From: an uncultured candidate division Zixibacteria bacterium
GTDB taxonomy: Bacteria > Zixibacteria > MSB-5A5 > RBG-16-43-9
DNA length: 64,000 nucleotides
Reading direction: 5' to 3'
Assembly (NCBI GenBank): GCA_963713865.1
Contig: OY970208.1
Coordinates: 768,001-832,000, forward strand
Positions 1 to 9,710 of the stretch are shown piece by piece. Numbering within the stretch: position 1 is the stretch's first letter; each line of letters opens with the position of its first letter. Under the pieces are notes generated by a model. The model saw nothing but the letters and a program-made list of their open reading frames with translations, did no database searches and had not been told where the DNA came from. A program made the translations under genes and the position numbers.

Positions 1-11
1 CTGCGCCTGAA

Positions 12-593
12 GTGCTTGATTTGATCCACTCTCTGTCGCCCATCGAACGGCCAAAGGTGTTAGACTTGGGCTGTGGTCTGGGCCGCCATTCCATTGCTTT
101 TGCTTTGGCTCAGTTTTCGGTAACAGCTACGGATGCCTCCCCTACAGCGATTCAGCATTTGAACGGATGGGCCCATAGTTTACAACTTTCAATAGAGACG
201 TAAGTCTGTGAAGTGCTCACCGAGACCTTGCCCAGTGAAACCTTTGATGTGGTGTTGAGTTATAATGTGATTTATCATGGTTCGCGCGAGCAGTTTGCCA
301 AAGCAATTCGACAGGTACGAAAACTGCTAAAGCAGAACGGCATATTCTTCTTCACTTGTCCTAGTCGGCAAGATGGGAAATATGGTTTCGGGGAGAGGGT
401 AGCGCCGCACACCTATCGGTGTACAAAATCGGTCACGCCGGGAGATATTCACTATTTTGCAGATGAGGAGGACTTGGCAGAATTATTGGCTGGTTTTCGA
501 ACCCTTGCCCGCTGGAAAAGTGAAGGGTATTGGGATAATCAGGGAGAACAGCAATTTTATTCAAACTGGCATATTCGCGCCGAAAAAGTATAG
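12..593 (+). pseudogene. Class I SAM-dependent methyltransferase interrupted by in-frame TAA (201-203); 5' end may lie outside the window
   Basis: VLDLGCGLGRH motif I in 12-203; ORF 213-593 is in the same frame and continues the Rossmann fold (FDVVLSYNVIYH). Confidence 0.8.
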
Positions 594-717
594 AGGGCTT
601 GGTCCACAGATGGATTACATATTCATAACAGCGGCCCAACCGTTAGATTCATTGTACCACTCGATATAGGATCTGTCGCATGAGATGGTCATTCAAACAT
701 ACGGGGAGAAAGATAGA

Positions 718-1551
718 ATGAGTATTGGTAGTAACATTTTACAGGCTATTGGGAACACATCGTTAGTGCAACTACGCAATGTTGTTCCACCCGGCTGTGC
801 GCAGGTTTTTGCGAAACTTGAATGAGAAAATCCGACTGGCAGTATGAAAGATCGTATGGCACAGGCTATGATTTCAAGGGCTGAGGAAGAAGGCCGATTA
901 AGACCCGGGGATGTCATTGTTGAGTACACCGGGGGTAGCACGGGCATATCACTCGCGTTGATTTGTGTTGCGAAGGGGTACCGCCTTCATATCATTACTT
1001 CCGACGCTTTTAGTCAGGATAAGCTGAATCAGATGGCGGCTTTTGGTGCCGAACTCACACTGATACCGAGTGAGGGCGGCCTCACTACAAAGAAGTTGAT
1101 TTTAGATATGATCGAAGCCGCCAGAGAATTCAGTAAGAGACCTCACACATACTGGACCGACCAACTCAACAATCTTGACAGTATTGCAGGCTACTATCCG
1201 CTGGCCGAGGAAATCTGGAACCAAACGAACGGAGCAATTGATGCATTTGTTCAATGTGTTGGTACTGCGGCTTCATCACGAGGCGTAGCCACTGTGTTAA
1301 AGAGCCGCAATCCCAGGATTAAAGTGATAGTCGTCGAACCAGCCGAATCCGCAGTATTATTGGGTGGTCAACCCGGACCTCATAAAATCGAGGGGGTTGG
1401 GATTGGCTATACTCCACCACTCTGGGATCCAAGTCTCGTGGATGAAATTATTGCGGTTAAGACAGAAGACGCGAAGGTTATGGCCAGGCGTTTAGCCCGT
1501 GAGGAAGGTCTTTTTGCAGGCACGTCATCAAGTGCCTTGTCAGTTGCTTAA
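718..1551 (+). pseudogene. cysK: PLP-dependent cysteine synthase family gene, in-frame TGA at 823-825 and 3' truncation at a REP doublet
   Basis: ATG 718 with RBS GGGGAG; reads IGNTSLV...KLE*ENPTGSMKDR, GGSTG, GVGIG; family sequence stops at GLFAGTSS where the repeat 1538-1614 begins. Confidence 0.85.
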
Positions 1552-1614
1552 AAGCAACTGGAATAGATGAAATCAAGGAAATCATTTGCAGTTCACTTTA
1601 GTGAACTGATAAAA
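1538..1614 (-). repeat. REP doublet (two palindromes), near-identical to 33316-33392
   Basis: CAGTTGCTT-AAAGCAACTG and CAGTTCACT-AGTGAACTG hairpins; reverse complement matches 33316-33392 with 3 mismatches in 77 bp by manual alignment. Confidence 0.9.
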
Positions 1615-1814
1615 GGTGCCTGGTATCTTCAAAGTCCTTTTTTGGTCTGCAGTATTGATGTACAAGCTGCTCGAGCTTCTAAAAATATAGACAAATAAAA
1701 GTGCCAGGAGCGTAAAGCTACTGACCTTATGCAACTAACACCTGGACAAAAACTCATTCTTCCCCTATCAGGTACAAAGATTGGTTTGAGGTATGGGAAA
1801 AAGTTTTTATGCAA

Positions 1815-1831
1815 ATAAGAATTATTCCTAT
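1815..1831. promoter_or_regulatory. Possible Per/Fur-type operator
   Basis: Imperfect palindrome ATAAGAAT-T-ATTCCTAT just upstream of a PerR-like gene. Confidence 0.35.
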
Positions 1832-1848
1832 GTCGTAATAGCTACAAT

Positions 1849-2325
1849 ATGATGAGAAAGGATCAGAACAGCTTAATGGTTTTCTTCAAGCACAAGTGCC
1901 GGGAGCATAATCTGAAGAGTACACCTCAGCGCACGGCGATATATGAAGAGTTAATCAGGTTAAAAGACCATCCTGCTGCTGGTACCATATTTAAGAAATT
2001 AAGGAAGATCTTTCCTTCCATCTCCTTTGATACGGTGAACAGAACACTCCTCACCTTTGCTGAAACCGGAATTGTTTCCACAGTTGAGGGATATGGCGAG
2101 CCGAAACGTTTTGACCCGGACATTGAGTCGCATCACCATTTCAGGTGCCTCAAGTGTAACCGCATAATAGATTTTCACCATAAGTCTTTTGACAAAATCA
2201 AGATCCCCGAAGACATTCAAAGGCAATTTACCGTATTGAACAAAAGAGTTCTACTTGAAGGCATTTGTGATAAATGCATTAAAAAACATTCACCTCAAAA
2301 CCAACAAACAAGGAGGTTAGTATGA
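1849..2325 (+). CDS. perR: Fur-family peroxide stress regulator (PerR-like)
   Basis: [13 protein letters not shown] and CDKC zinc motifs; overlaps the catalase start. Confidence 0.8.
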   Translation: MMRKDQNSLMVFFKHKCREHNLKSTPQRTAIYEELIRLKDHPAAGTIFKKLRKIFPSISFDTVNRTLLTFAETGIVSTVEGYGEPKRFDPDIESHHHFRCLKCNRIIDFHHKSFDKIKIPEDIQRQFTVLNKRVLLEGICDKCIKKHSPQNQQTRRLV

Positions 2326-3791
2326 GTAATCCAAAGAAAGACAAGCAAAAGGATGCCAATGCCCGAGCCTTGACAACTGCATCAGGCATCCCCTATGCTG
2401 ATAACCAGAACTCTATGACTGCTGGACCACGCGGACCTCTTCTGGTTCAGGACTTTCACCTGTTCGAGAAGATGGCTCATTTCAACCGGGAGCGCACCCC
2501 GGAGCGCGTGGTGCATGCCAAGGGAGCAGGCGCCCATGGCATCTTTACCGTGACCAAGGATATAACCCGCTATACCAAAGCCAGGGTCTTCTCGGAGGTG
2601 GGAAAGAAGACAGAGATGTTTGCCCGTTTCTCCACTGTGGCGGGTGAGCGGGGTTCGGCTGACACGGTGCGAGACGTTAGGGGATTCGCCTTAAAATTCT
2701 ACACCGAACAGGGGAACTGGGACCTGGTGGGGAACAATACGCCGGTGTTTTTCGTGCGTGACCCCATGAAATTTATGGATTTCATCCATACCCAGAAGCG
2801 TCTGCCGCAGAATAACCTCAGGTCGGAGATTATGTGGTGGGACTTCTGGTCTCTGGTTCCCGAGAGCCTGCACCAGGTCACCATTCTCTTTTCTGACCGC
2901 GGAATACCCAAGGGTCACCGCCATATGAACGGATACGGAAGCCATACCTACAGCTTAATCAACGCAGACCATGAGCGGTTCTGGGTGAAGTTCCACTTCA
3001 AAACCCTGCAGGGAATCGAAAACTTCATGCAGGAAGAAGCCGACAAAATTGCTGGCAAAGACCCTGACTGGACAACCCGAGACCTATTCGAAGCTATAGA
3101 GCGAGGCGATTGCCCTAAGTGGCATCTGGAGATTCAGATCATGCCGGAAATCGAGGCGGAGAAGTTCCGCTGGAATCCATTTGACTTAACCAAAGTCTGG
3201 CCGCATAAGGATTATCCGGTAATGGAAGTGGGGATTATGGAGCTGAACCGCAATCCAATGAATTACTTTGCGGAAGTCGAACAGGCAGCTTTTGAACCAT
3301 CCAATATTGTACCTGGCATATCTTTCTCGCCTGACAAGATGCTTCAAGCCCGCGTCTTCTCCTATGCAGATACCCACCGTTACCGGCTTGGGGTCAACTA
3401 CTCACTTCTGCCAATCAACCGCCCGCGCAACACAGAGACTGCGAACTATCAGCGAGACGGATTCATGCGTCTGGACGACAATGGAGGTAATTCGCCTAAT
3501 TATGAGCCCAACAGTTTTGGCGGACCAAAAGAGGATCCAACCTTCAAAGAACCGCTCTTAAAGATCTCAGGAGATGCTGACAGGTATAACCAGCCTGTTC
3601 TGGATGACGATTACGTTCAGCCCGGCAACTTATTCCGCTTGATGCCTCCTGAGGCACAGGCACGCCTCATCCAGAACCTGGTGAACAGCCTTAAGAAGGT
3701 GCCGCGTTTTATCCAGGAAAGGATGGTCGCGCACTTCCGTAAAGCTGACCCGAAATATGGTGACGGCGTTGCCAAGGGACTGGGTATCTGA
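2322..3791 (+). CDS. katA: Monofunctional heme catalase
   Basis: [33 protein letters not shown]. Confidence 0.97.
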   Translation: MSNPKKDKQKDANARALTTASGIPYADNQNSMTAGPRGPLLVQDFHLFEKMAHFNRERTPERVVHAKGAGAHGIFTVTKDITRYTKARVFSEVGKKTEMFARFSTVAGERGSADTVRDVRGFALKFYTEQGNWDLVGNNTPVFFVRDPMKFMDFIHTQKRLPQNNLRSEIMWWDFWSLVPESLHQVTILFSDRGIPKGHRHMNGYGSHTYSLINADHERFWVKFHFKTLQGIENFMQEEADKIAGKDPDWTTRDLFEAIERGDCPKWHLEIQIMPEIEAEKFRWNPFDLTKVWPHKDYPVMEVGIMELNRNPMNYFAEVEQAAFEPSNIVPGISFSPDKMLQARVFSYADTHRYRLGVNYSLLPINRPRNTETANYQRDGFMRLDDNGGNSPNYEPNSFGGPKEDPTFKEPLLKISGDADRYNQPVLDDDYVQPGNLFRLMPPEAQARLIQNLVNSLKKVPRFIQERMVAHFRKADPKYGDGVAKGLGI

Positions 3792-3808
3792 TTATTGATC
3801 CAAAAGCT

Positions 3809-3846
3809 AAACCGCCAGTGCTCCTGAGGTGGACCTGGCGGTTTTA
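3809..3846 (+). terminator. Hairpin terminator after katA
   Basis: AAACCGCCAG...CTGGCGGTTTT. Confidence 0.6.
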
Positions 3847-3938
3847 CATACCTTTAAGGAAAGATTACAGAGTTCCAGGGGCGAGAAATCGTTCAGGATA
3901 TTTGATTAACCGATTCGTATAGGTTAATAAGACAGGAG

Positions 3939-5009
3939 GTGATAAAGATGATGAAGATTGTGAGACCCGTCATCCTGACAGAGTTATTATTTCTAACAGG
4001 AGGAGCAACAATGTCTGCAAAAAGTGAGGTGAACAAGAATACAGCACTCGAAAAAGCTACTTTTGCCGGTGGCTGTTTCTGGTGTATAGAAGATACTTTT
4101 CAAAAGATAGAGGGTGTGATCGAGGCTGTGTCTGGATACACTGGCGGGCATAAGGAGAATCCCACTTACGAGGAAGTAAGCTCCGGAACAACAGGTCATT
4201 ACGAAGCGGTTCAAATCACCTTTGATCCTTCTAAAATATCATATGAGGATTTGCTAAGTCTCTTCTGGAGGCAGATAGACCCCACGGATGAGAAAAGGCA
4301 GTTTGCGGATAGAGGGTCACAATACAGAACCGCTATTTTTTATCACAACCAGGAGCAGAAACTCCTGGCTGAGAAATCCAGACAAGAGCTGGAAAAATCC
4401 GGGAAATTTCAAAAACCCGTTGTTACGCAGATCATACCCTTTACCAAATTCTACCAGGCAGAGGAATACCATCAGGATTATGCCAGTAAGAAATCCCTGC
4501 AATATAAATTATACAAAAAAGGGTCGGGCAGAGAGAAATTCATTAAAGAGGAGTGGGATGAAAAATATGGAAAACTAGCTGAAGAGGAATTGAAAAATAA
4601 ACTAACGCCTCAGCAATACCAGGTTACCCAGAACTGTGGAACTGAGGAGCCATTCAAAAATGAATATTGGAATAATAAAAAAGAGGGAATATATGTGGAT
4701 GTAGTTTCCGGTGAGCCTTTATTCTCATCCAGGGACAAATTCGATTCAGGGACCGGCTGGCCAAGTTTTTTCAAACCGCTTGAACCGGGCAACATCGTGG
4801 ATAAAACAGATACCAGCCTGGGAATGATAAGGACGGAAGTAAGAAGCAAAAATGCGGATTCCCATCTGGGTCATCTGTTCGAGGATGGACCCGCACCCAC
4901 CGGATTAAGATACTGCATCAACTCTGCTTCATTAAGGTTCGTTCCCAAAGAGGATCTGGAAAAGGAGGGTTACGGGGAATACAAGAAGCTGTTCGAGAAA
5001 AAAAACTAA
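3939..5009 (+). CDS. msrAB: Bifunctional methionine sulfoxide reductase MsrA/MsrB
   Basis: GGCFWC (MsrA); GWPSF, HLGH and RYCINS (MsrB); true start may be slightly downstream. Confidence 0.95.
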   Translation: MIKMMKIVRPVILTELLFLTGGATMSAKSEVNKNTALEKATFAGGCFWCIEDTFQKIEGVIEAVSGYTGGHKENPTYEEVSSGTTGHYEAVQITFDPSKISYEDLLSLFWRQIDPTDEKRQFADRGSQYRTAIFYHNQEQKLLAEKSRQELEKSGKFQKPVVTQIIPFTKFYQAEEYHQDYASKKSLQYKLYKKGSGREKFIKEEWDEKYGKLAEEELKNKLTPQQYQVTQNCGTEEPFKNEYWNNKKEGIYVDVVSGEPLFSSRDKFDSGTGWPSFFKPLEPGNIVDKTDTSLGMIRTEVRSKNADSHLGHLFEDGPAPTGLRYCINSASLRFVPKEDLEKEGYGEYKKLFEKKN

Positions 5010-5035
5010 TATCTTATCTCCGCAATTAGAAAAAA

Positions 5036-5080
5036 TAAGCCGGGAGTTACTGACTCCTGGCTTACTTGTTTTATTTTTTC
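5036..5080 (+). terminator. Intrinsic terminator after msrAB
   Basis: TAAGCCGGGAGT...ACTCCTGGCTTA followed by a T-rich tract. Confidence 0.65.
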
Positions 5081-5195
5081 TGATAATATCTTTGCTTTTA
5101 TGCCGTATATTGTTAATATTATTTGGATTTTGTGAGATAGTAGCTTTTATCAGGAAATCAAGTTTATTAAACTATAAATAAATCTGGAGGATAAA

Positions 5196-6824
5196 ATGTG
5201 TAGTTATCGTATACCCCAGCCTCTCAACGAGCCGGTTTACAGTTATGCTCCGGGCTCACCTGAGCGGGATAAACTAAAAATTGCTTTAAATGAGCTGAAG
5301 TCAAAACAGATCGAAGTACCCTTGGTAATTGATGGCAAAGAGGTTCGAACTGAGAAGAAAGTCAAAATCACTGCACCGCATGACCACAGTTTGGTTTTGG
5401 GCTATGCTTATCACGGCAGTAGAAAAGAGTTCCAGATGGCAATTGATTCTGCACTCAAAGCCCAGAAGAGCTGGGCAGCGATGCCAGTGGAGCAAAGGGT
5501 GGCTATCTTTCTAAAAGCAGCTGATTTATTAGCTGGACCTTATCGTTATATTATGAACGCTGCTACCATGCTGGCACACTCCAAAAATCCTTTCCAGGCA
5601 GAAATCGATGCAGTGTGTGAGTTAGCTGACTTCTTCCGGTTCAATGCCTATTATATGCAGATGATCTCTGACATCCAGCCAATCAACCCGGATCCTCTGA
5701 TCTGGAACAGGATCGACTACAGACCCCTGGAAGGATTTATCTTTGCGGTCACCCCCTTCAATTTTGTGTCGATCAATGGTAACCTTCCCACGGCTCCGGC
5801 ATTATGGGGGAACGTTGCAGTTTGGAAGCCGGCCAGGAGCGTGCTTTACACGTCGCATTTTATTATGAAGATATTTTTGGAAGCAGGGTTGCCGGCCGGA
5901 GTAATCAACTTTGTAACGGGCAACTCCTCGGAGATCAGCGAAGTAGTCTTAAACCACGAGAATTTGGCTGGTATCCATTTCACCGGCTCAACCTCTGTGT
6001 TTCAGAATATGTGGAAAACCATCGGAGAGAATATCGCCAGATACAAAACCTATCCGCGTATTGTGGGCGAGACCGGAGGAAAGGATTTTATCTTCGTTCA
6101 TCAGTCTGCTAATCCTGCTCAGGTAGCTACAGCGATAACCCGAGGCTCTTTTGAATATCAGGGGCAGAAATGTTCAGCCGCTTCCAGGGCGTATATACCA
6201 AAATCGCTCTGGTCCCAGATCAAAGAGATTTTGCTAAAGCAGGTAAGCGAGATCAAAATGGGTGATCCCTGTGATTTCACCAATTTTATGAATGCCATAA
6301 TCGATAAGAGCGCTTATGACAGTATCAAATCGTATATCGATTATACTAAAAGCGCCTCCGATGCCAAAATCATTGCTGGTGGTAACTGCGATGATTCCAA
6401 AGGATATTTCATCGATGCTACGGTGATCGAGACCACCAACCCGAAGTTCAAGACGATGGAGGAGGAAATCTTCGGTCCGGTGATTACTATTTACGTGTAT
6501 GAAGATGCTGATTACGAAAAGACGCTCCATTTCTGCGACCAGACCTCACCTTATGCTTTAACCGGAGCTATCTTTGCTACTGACCGGAAGGCAGTAGAAA
6601 CTGCTCAGACTATTTTGCGCAATGCGGCCGGGAACTTCTATATCAACGACAAGCCAACTGGAGCGGTGGTTGGCCAGCAGCCGTTTGGCGGAGCCAGGGC
6701 TTCAGGCACGAATGATAAAGCCGGCGCTCTGCATAATATGATCCGCTGGACCTCACCCCGGGCCATAAAAGAGAACCTTTTACCCCCGACTGATTTCAAG
6801 TATCCTTTTATGAGACAATCGTAG
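5196..6824 (+). CDS. pruA: L-glutamate gamma-semialdehyde (P5C) dehydrogenase
   Basis: FTGST, GETGGKDF, FEYQGQKCSA, EEIFGP, QQPFGGARASGTNDKAG. Confidence 0.95.
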   Translation: MCSYRIPQPLNEPVYSYAPGSPERDKLKIALNELKSKQIEVPLVIDGKEVRTEKKVKITAPHDHSLVLGYAYHGSRKEFQMAIDSALKAQKSWAAMPVEQRVAIFLKAADLLAGPYRYIMNAATMLAHSKNPFQAEIDAVCELADFFRFNAYYMQMISDIQPINPDPLIWNRIDYRPLEGFIFAVTPFNFVSINGNLPTAPALWGNVAVWKPARSVLYTSHFIMKIFLEAGLPAGVINFVTGNSSEISEVVLNHENLAGIHFTGSTSVFQNMWKTIGENIARYKTYPRIVGETGGKDFIFVHQSANPAQVATAITRGSFEYQGQKCSAASRAYIPKSLWSQIKEILLKQVSEIKMGDPCDFTNFMNAIIDKSAYDSIKSYIDYTKSASDAKIIAGGNCDDSKGYFIDATVIETTNPKFKTMEEEIFGPVITIYVYEDADYEKTLHFCDQTSPYALTGAIFATDRKAVETAQTILRNAAGNFYINDKPTGAVVGQQPFGGARASGTNDKAGALHNMIRWTSPRAIKENLLPPTDFKYPFMRQS

Positions 6825-6908
6825 AGTTGAATCATTAAATAATATGTTTATGCCCCATCTCCGCTTCTTTTGCGGGGGTGGAGCTTTAAATCAGTAAAAA
6901 TCAGTCTT

Positions 6909-6934
6909 GCAGGTCAGGAGCCCTGTGCTCCTGA
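6909..6934. repeat. GTAG-type REP palindrome (GTAGGTCAGGAGCCC...GCTCCTGACCTAC family)
   Basis: Related copies at about 8768-8794, 9666-9696, 23209-23232, 33128-33153, 34349-34379, 35555-35580 and 37616-37641. Confidence 0.85.
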
Positions 6935-7140
6935 TTTTAAATTTAATTACTTCTGCACCTGACTTTTGCCCGATATTTTCTTGTTATTATCCCTGAATTT
7001 TATTAAACTATTAACTAAAACTTGACTTTCAGCTGATGATATGATAAAATAACGGAAACTAAAGCTGATAGCTTGAAATATCAAGGAATCTAAACACAGG
7101 TATGTTTATCTGGAAAACAAGAAATTAGAAGGAGAATTCT

Positions 7141-7377
7141 ATGGTAAGGCTGTATGACAAGAATACCGGTCAGTACCTGGGCAGAATAGAGGATGAAGTA
7201 TTTCAATTCTTAATCGATAATCTGGAAGAAGAAAATCTTACAGATACAGATTATTATGTTGACCGGCTGACACTTGATTTTTTGAAAGATAAAGGAATGA
7301 GCGAGGCTCTGGCAAAATTACTTGAAGGGGCTATGGGTGAGGGAGAAGAGATAGAGATCAGATATGAGAAAGAGTAG
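7141..7377 (+). CDS. Small acidic hypothetical protein
   Basis: RBS AGGAG; first gene of a tight cluster with NfeD and SPFH genes. Confidence 0.75.
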   Translation: MVRLYDKNTGQYLGRIEDEVFQFLIDNLEEENLTDTDYYVDRLTLDFLKDKGMSEALAKLLEGAMGEGEEIEIRYEKE

Positions 7378-7409
7378 AGAAATGAAAAGCTTACAAAGGA
7401 GACTAAAAA

Positions 7410-7856
7410 ATGGTTATTAAAATATGGTGGGTTTGGATTGCTATTGCGGCTTTTTTTGTTGTAGCTGAGATATTTCATATGGGATTTTTTCTACTGTGGT
7501 TTGGAGTTGGAGCTGCTGTAGCGGGAATTCTGTCACTTCTTGGTTTTGGTATGGGGTGGCAGCTGTTGAGCTTTATTGTTGTCTCAGCAGTGCTTTTTGC
7601 TGTTTCCAGAAGGTTTGCAGAGCGGTTTACTAAAAAACAGCCACCCGGAGTTGGGGCAGACAGATTTATCGATAAAAAAGGGGTAGTGATTGAGGAGATC
7701 AATAATCTTAAAAACACCGGGCGTGTGAGGATAGGGAAAGATGAGTGGCGAGCAGACAGCGATACAGGTGAGGTTATATCTCCAGGACAAACAGTTGAAG
7801 TGATCAAAGTAGAAGGGACGCATTTGATAGTTAAAGTTTCAAAAGGAGGAGAGTAA
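7410..7856 (+). CDS. NfeD-family membrane protein (short form)
   Basis: N-terminal TM helices plus C-terminal OB-fold ([12 protein letters not shown]...VEVIKVEG); adjacent to SPFH gene. Confidence 0.9.
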   Translation: MVIKIWWVWIAIAAFFVVAEIFHMGFFLLWFGVGAAVAGILSLLGFGMGWQLLSFIVVSAVLFAVSRRFAERFTKKQPPGVGADRFIDKKGVVIEEINNLKNTGRVRIGKDEWRADSDTGEVISPGQTVEVIKVEGTHLIVKVSKGGE

Positions 7857-7857
7857 G

Positions 7858-8748
7858 ATGGTAGTGGCATTAGTCATCATAGCTTTTGTGGTATTCATAG
7901 TTGTAGCCAGCGGCATTAAGATCGTCAGGCCCTGGGAAAGAGGGTTAATAGAGCGGTTAGGAAAGTATCAGCGAACTGCGGGCAGCGGACTTACCATCAT
8001 CGTCCCCATCCTGGAGAGGATGATAATAGTGGATATGCGGGAGCAGGTGGTGGAGGTGGCTCCCCAGGCGGTGATTACCAAAGATAACGTAGTCGTAGAG
8101 GTGGATGCAGTGATCTACTATGAGGTCACTGACCCGGTAAAGGTTACTTATAACGTTGCCAATTTCTACACCGCGGCTACTAAACTGGCGCAAACCAATT
8201 TAAGAAATCTGGTTGGCGAGTTAGCTTTGGATGAGTCCCTTACCTCAAGGGAGCTTATAAACACTAAGTTACGTCAGATCTTAGATGATGCTACGGATAA
8301 ATGGGGAACCAGGGTTACCAGGGTAGAACTGCAGAGGATAGACCCGCCCAAAGACGTTACAGATGCAATGCATCGTCAGATGAAAGCAGAGAGAGAGAGG
8401 CGGGCAATGATCTTGGAAGCGGAGGGTCACAAGCAATCAGCCATACTTAAGGCTGAAGGGCAGGCAGAGGCAATCAAGAAAGTTGCGGATGCGGACAAAT
8501 ATCAGAAATTAACCGTAGCCAAAGGAGAGGCAGAAGCGATAGAAACCGTATATAGAGCCATTCACGAAGGCAAGCCTACCAATGACCTGATCGCCATAAA
8601 ATATCTGGAAGCGCTTCAGAAGATTGCAGACGGACAGGCAACCAAAGTTTTCCTGCCCCTTGAAACTACAGGCATTCTCGGGAGCATTGCCGGTATAGGC
8701 GAACTGTTGAAAGAAAAAATCTCATCCAAGAAAAGCGGAGAAACCTAG
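7858..8748 (+). CDS. SPFH/band 7 (stomatin/QmcA-like) protein
   Basis: [33 protein letters not shown]. Confidence 0.93.
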   Translation: MVVALVIIAFVVFIVVASGIKIVRPWERGLIERLGKYQRTAGSGLTIIVPILERMIIVDMREQVVEVAPQAVITKDNVVVEVDAVIYYEVTDPVKVTYNVANFYTAATKLAQTNLRNLVGELALDESLTSRELINTKLRQILDDATDKWGTRVTRVELQRIDPPKDVTDAMHRQMKAERERRAMILEAEGHKQSAILKAEGQAEAIKKVADADKYQKLTVAKGEAEAIETVYRAIHEGKPTNDLIAIKYLEALQKIADGQATKVFLPLETTGILGSIAGIGELLKEKISSKKSGET

Positions 8749-8816
8749 GCTTAGAGAAAAAAGTTCCGTAGGTCAGGAGCCCTGAGATCCTGACATCATA
8801 TTAAAGAAGTTTCTGA

Positions 8817-9620
8817 ATGAAAAAAGATAATATCACCCGCGAGGATATTACTGCCACTCTTGTTACTGCTTTAAAACCCTTGAATTATGTTTATGCTTTG
8901 TGGGAGGGTGGTTCTGCAAGCTTTGACAGGATAGACCAGTGGTCGGATATCGATTTATATCTTGTAGTTGAAGATGAGAAAGTGGAAGATAGTCTCAGCT
9001 CAATAGAACAGAGTATCTTAAATCTTTCCGAAATCGACTTGAAATTCCGCCTACCAGAACCAACCTGGCACGGGCATTCTCAGGTCTTTTATCGTCTGAA
9101 AAAAACCAGTCCTTTTTTATTTCTGGATATCGTGGTGATAAAGAAATCAAGTAAGGACAAATTCCTTCAATTCCGGATCCATGGAAGGCCAGTCGTCTAT
9201 TTCGACAAAATCGCCGTGGTCAAAGATGATCCAGTTGATCCCGAATATTTTTTAAATAAAATTCAGTCGCGACTGGAAATGCTGAAAACGAATTTCACTC
9301 TGTTCCAGATGTTGATTCTCAAAGAATTAAATCGTGGCAATGAGATTGAAGCTCTTAGTTATTACCTGTCTTATACCTACAAGCCTCTGGTGGAGGCTCT
9401 CCGGATAAAATACTGCCCCTATCATCATAATTTTCATAACAGCTATATCTATTATGACTTACCACCTGAAGTGGTGAAGCGTCTGCATAAACTGAATTTC
9501 ATAGCTAACTCTGAAGAGCTTCGCCAATTACAGGTTGAAGCGGAAGCTTGGTTTTGGGAAGTGGTGAAGAGTATTAATACTGAGGATTTGAAGAGGAAAA
9601 TCTCAGATCAAAATTTATAA
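8817..9620 (+). CDS. Nucleotidyltransferase-domain protein (Pol-beta superfamily)
   Basis: GGS...DQWSDIDL motif followed by a helical C-terminal domain. Confidence 0.75.
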   Translation: MKKDNITREDITATLVTALKPLNYVYALWEGGSASFDRIDQWSDIDLYLVVEDEKVEDSLSSIEQSILNLSEIDLKFRLPEPTWHGHSQVFYRLKKTSPFLFLDIVVIKKSSKDKFLQFRIHGRPVVYFDKIAVVKDDPVDPEYFLNKIQSRLEMLKTNFTLFQMLILKELNRGNEIEALSYYLSYTYKPLVEALRIKYCPYHHNFHNSYIYYDLPPEVVKRLHKLNFIANSEELRQLQVEAEAWFWEVVKSINTEDLKRKISDQNL

Positions 9621-9710
9621 TTTGTAGTAAAATTTCAGAACCTGAACTGCCTTTAGCTCAGACCAGCAGGTCAGGAGCCCTGTGCTCCTGACCTACTTTT
9701 TGAAGCTGAA

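Noticed and set aside
823-825. TGA in the cysteine synthase gene as selenocysteine or as evidence for genome-wide UGA recoding
   Set aside because: The position fits a TGG-to-TGA change in KLE.ENP, the gene is also 3'-truncated, and TGA is the normal stop of intact genes such as katA, tig and purA
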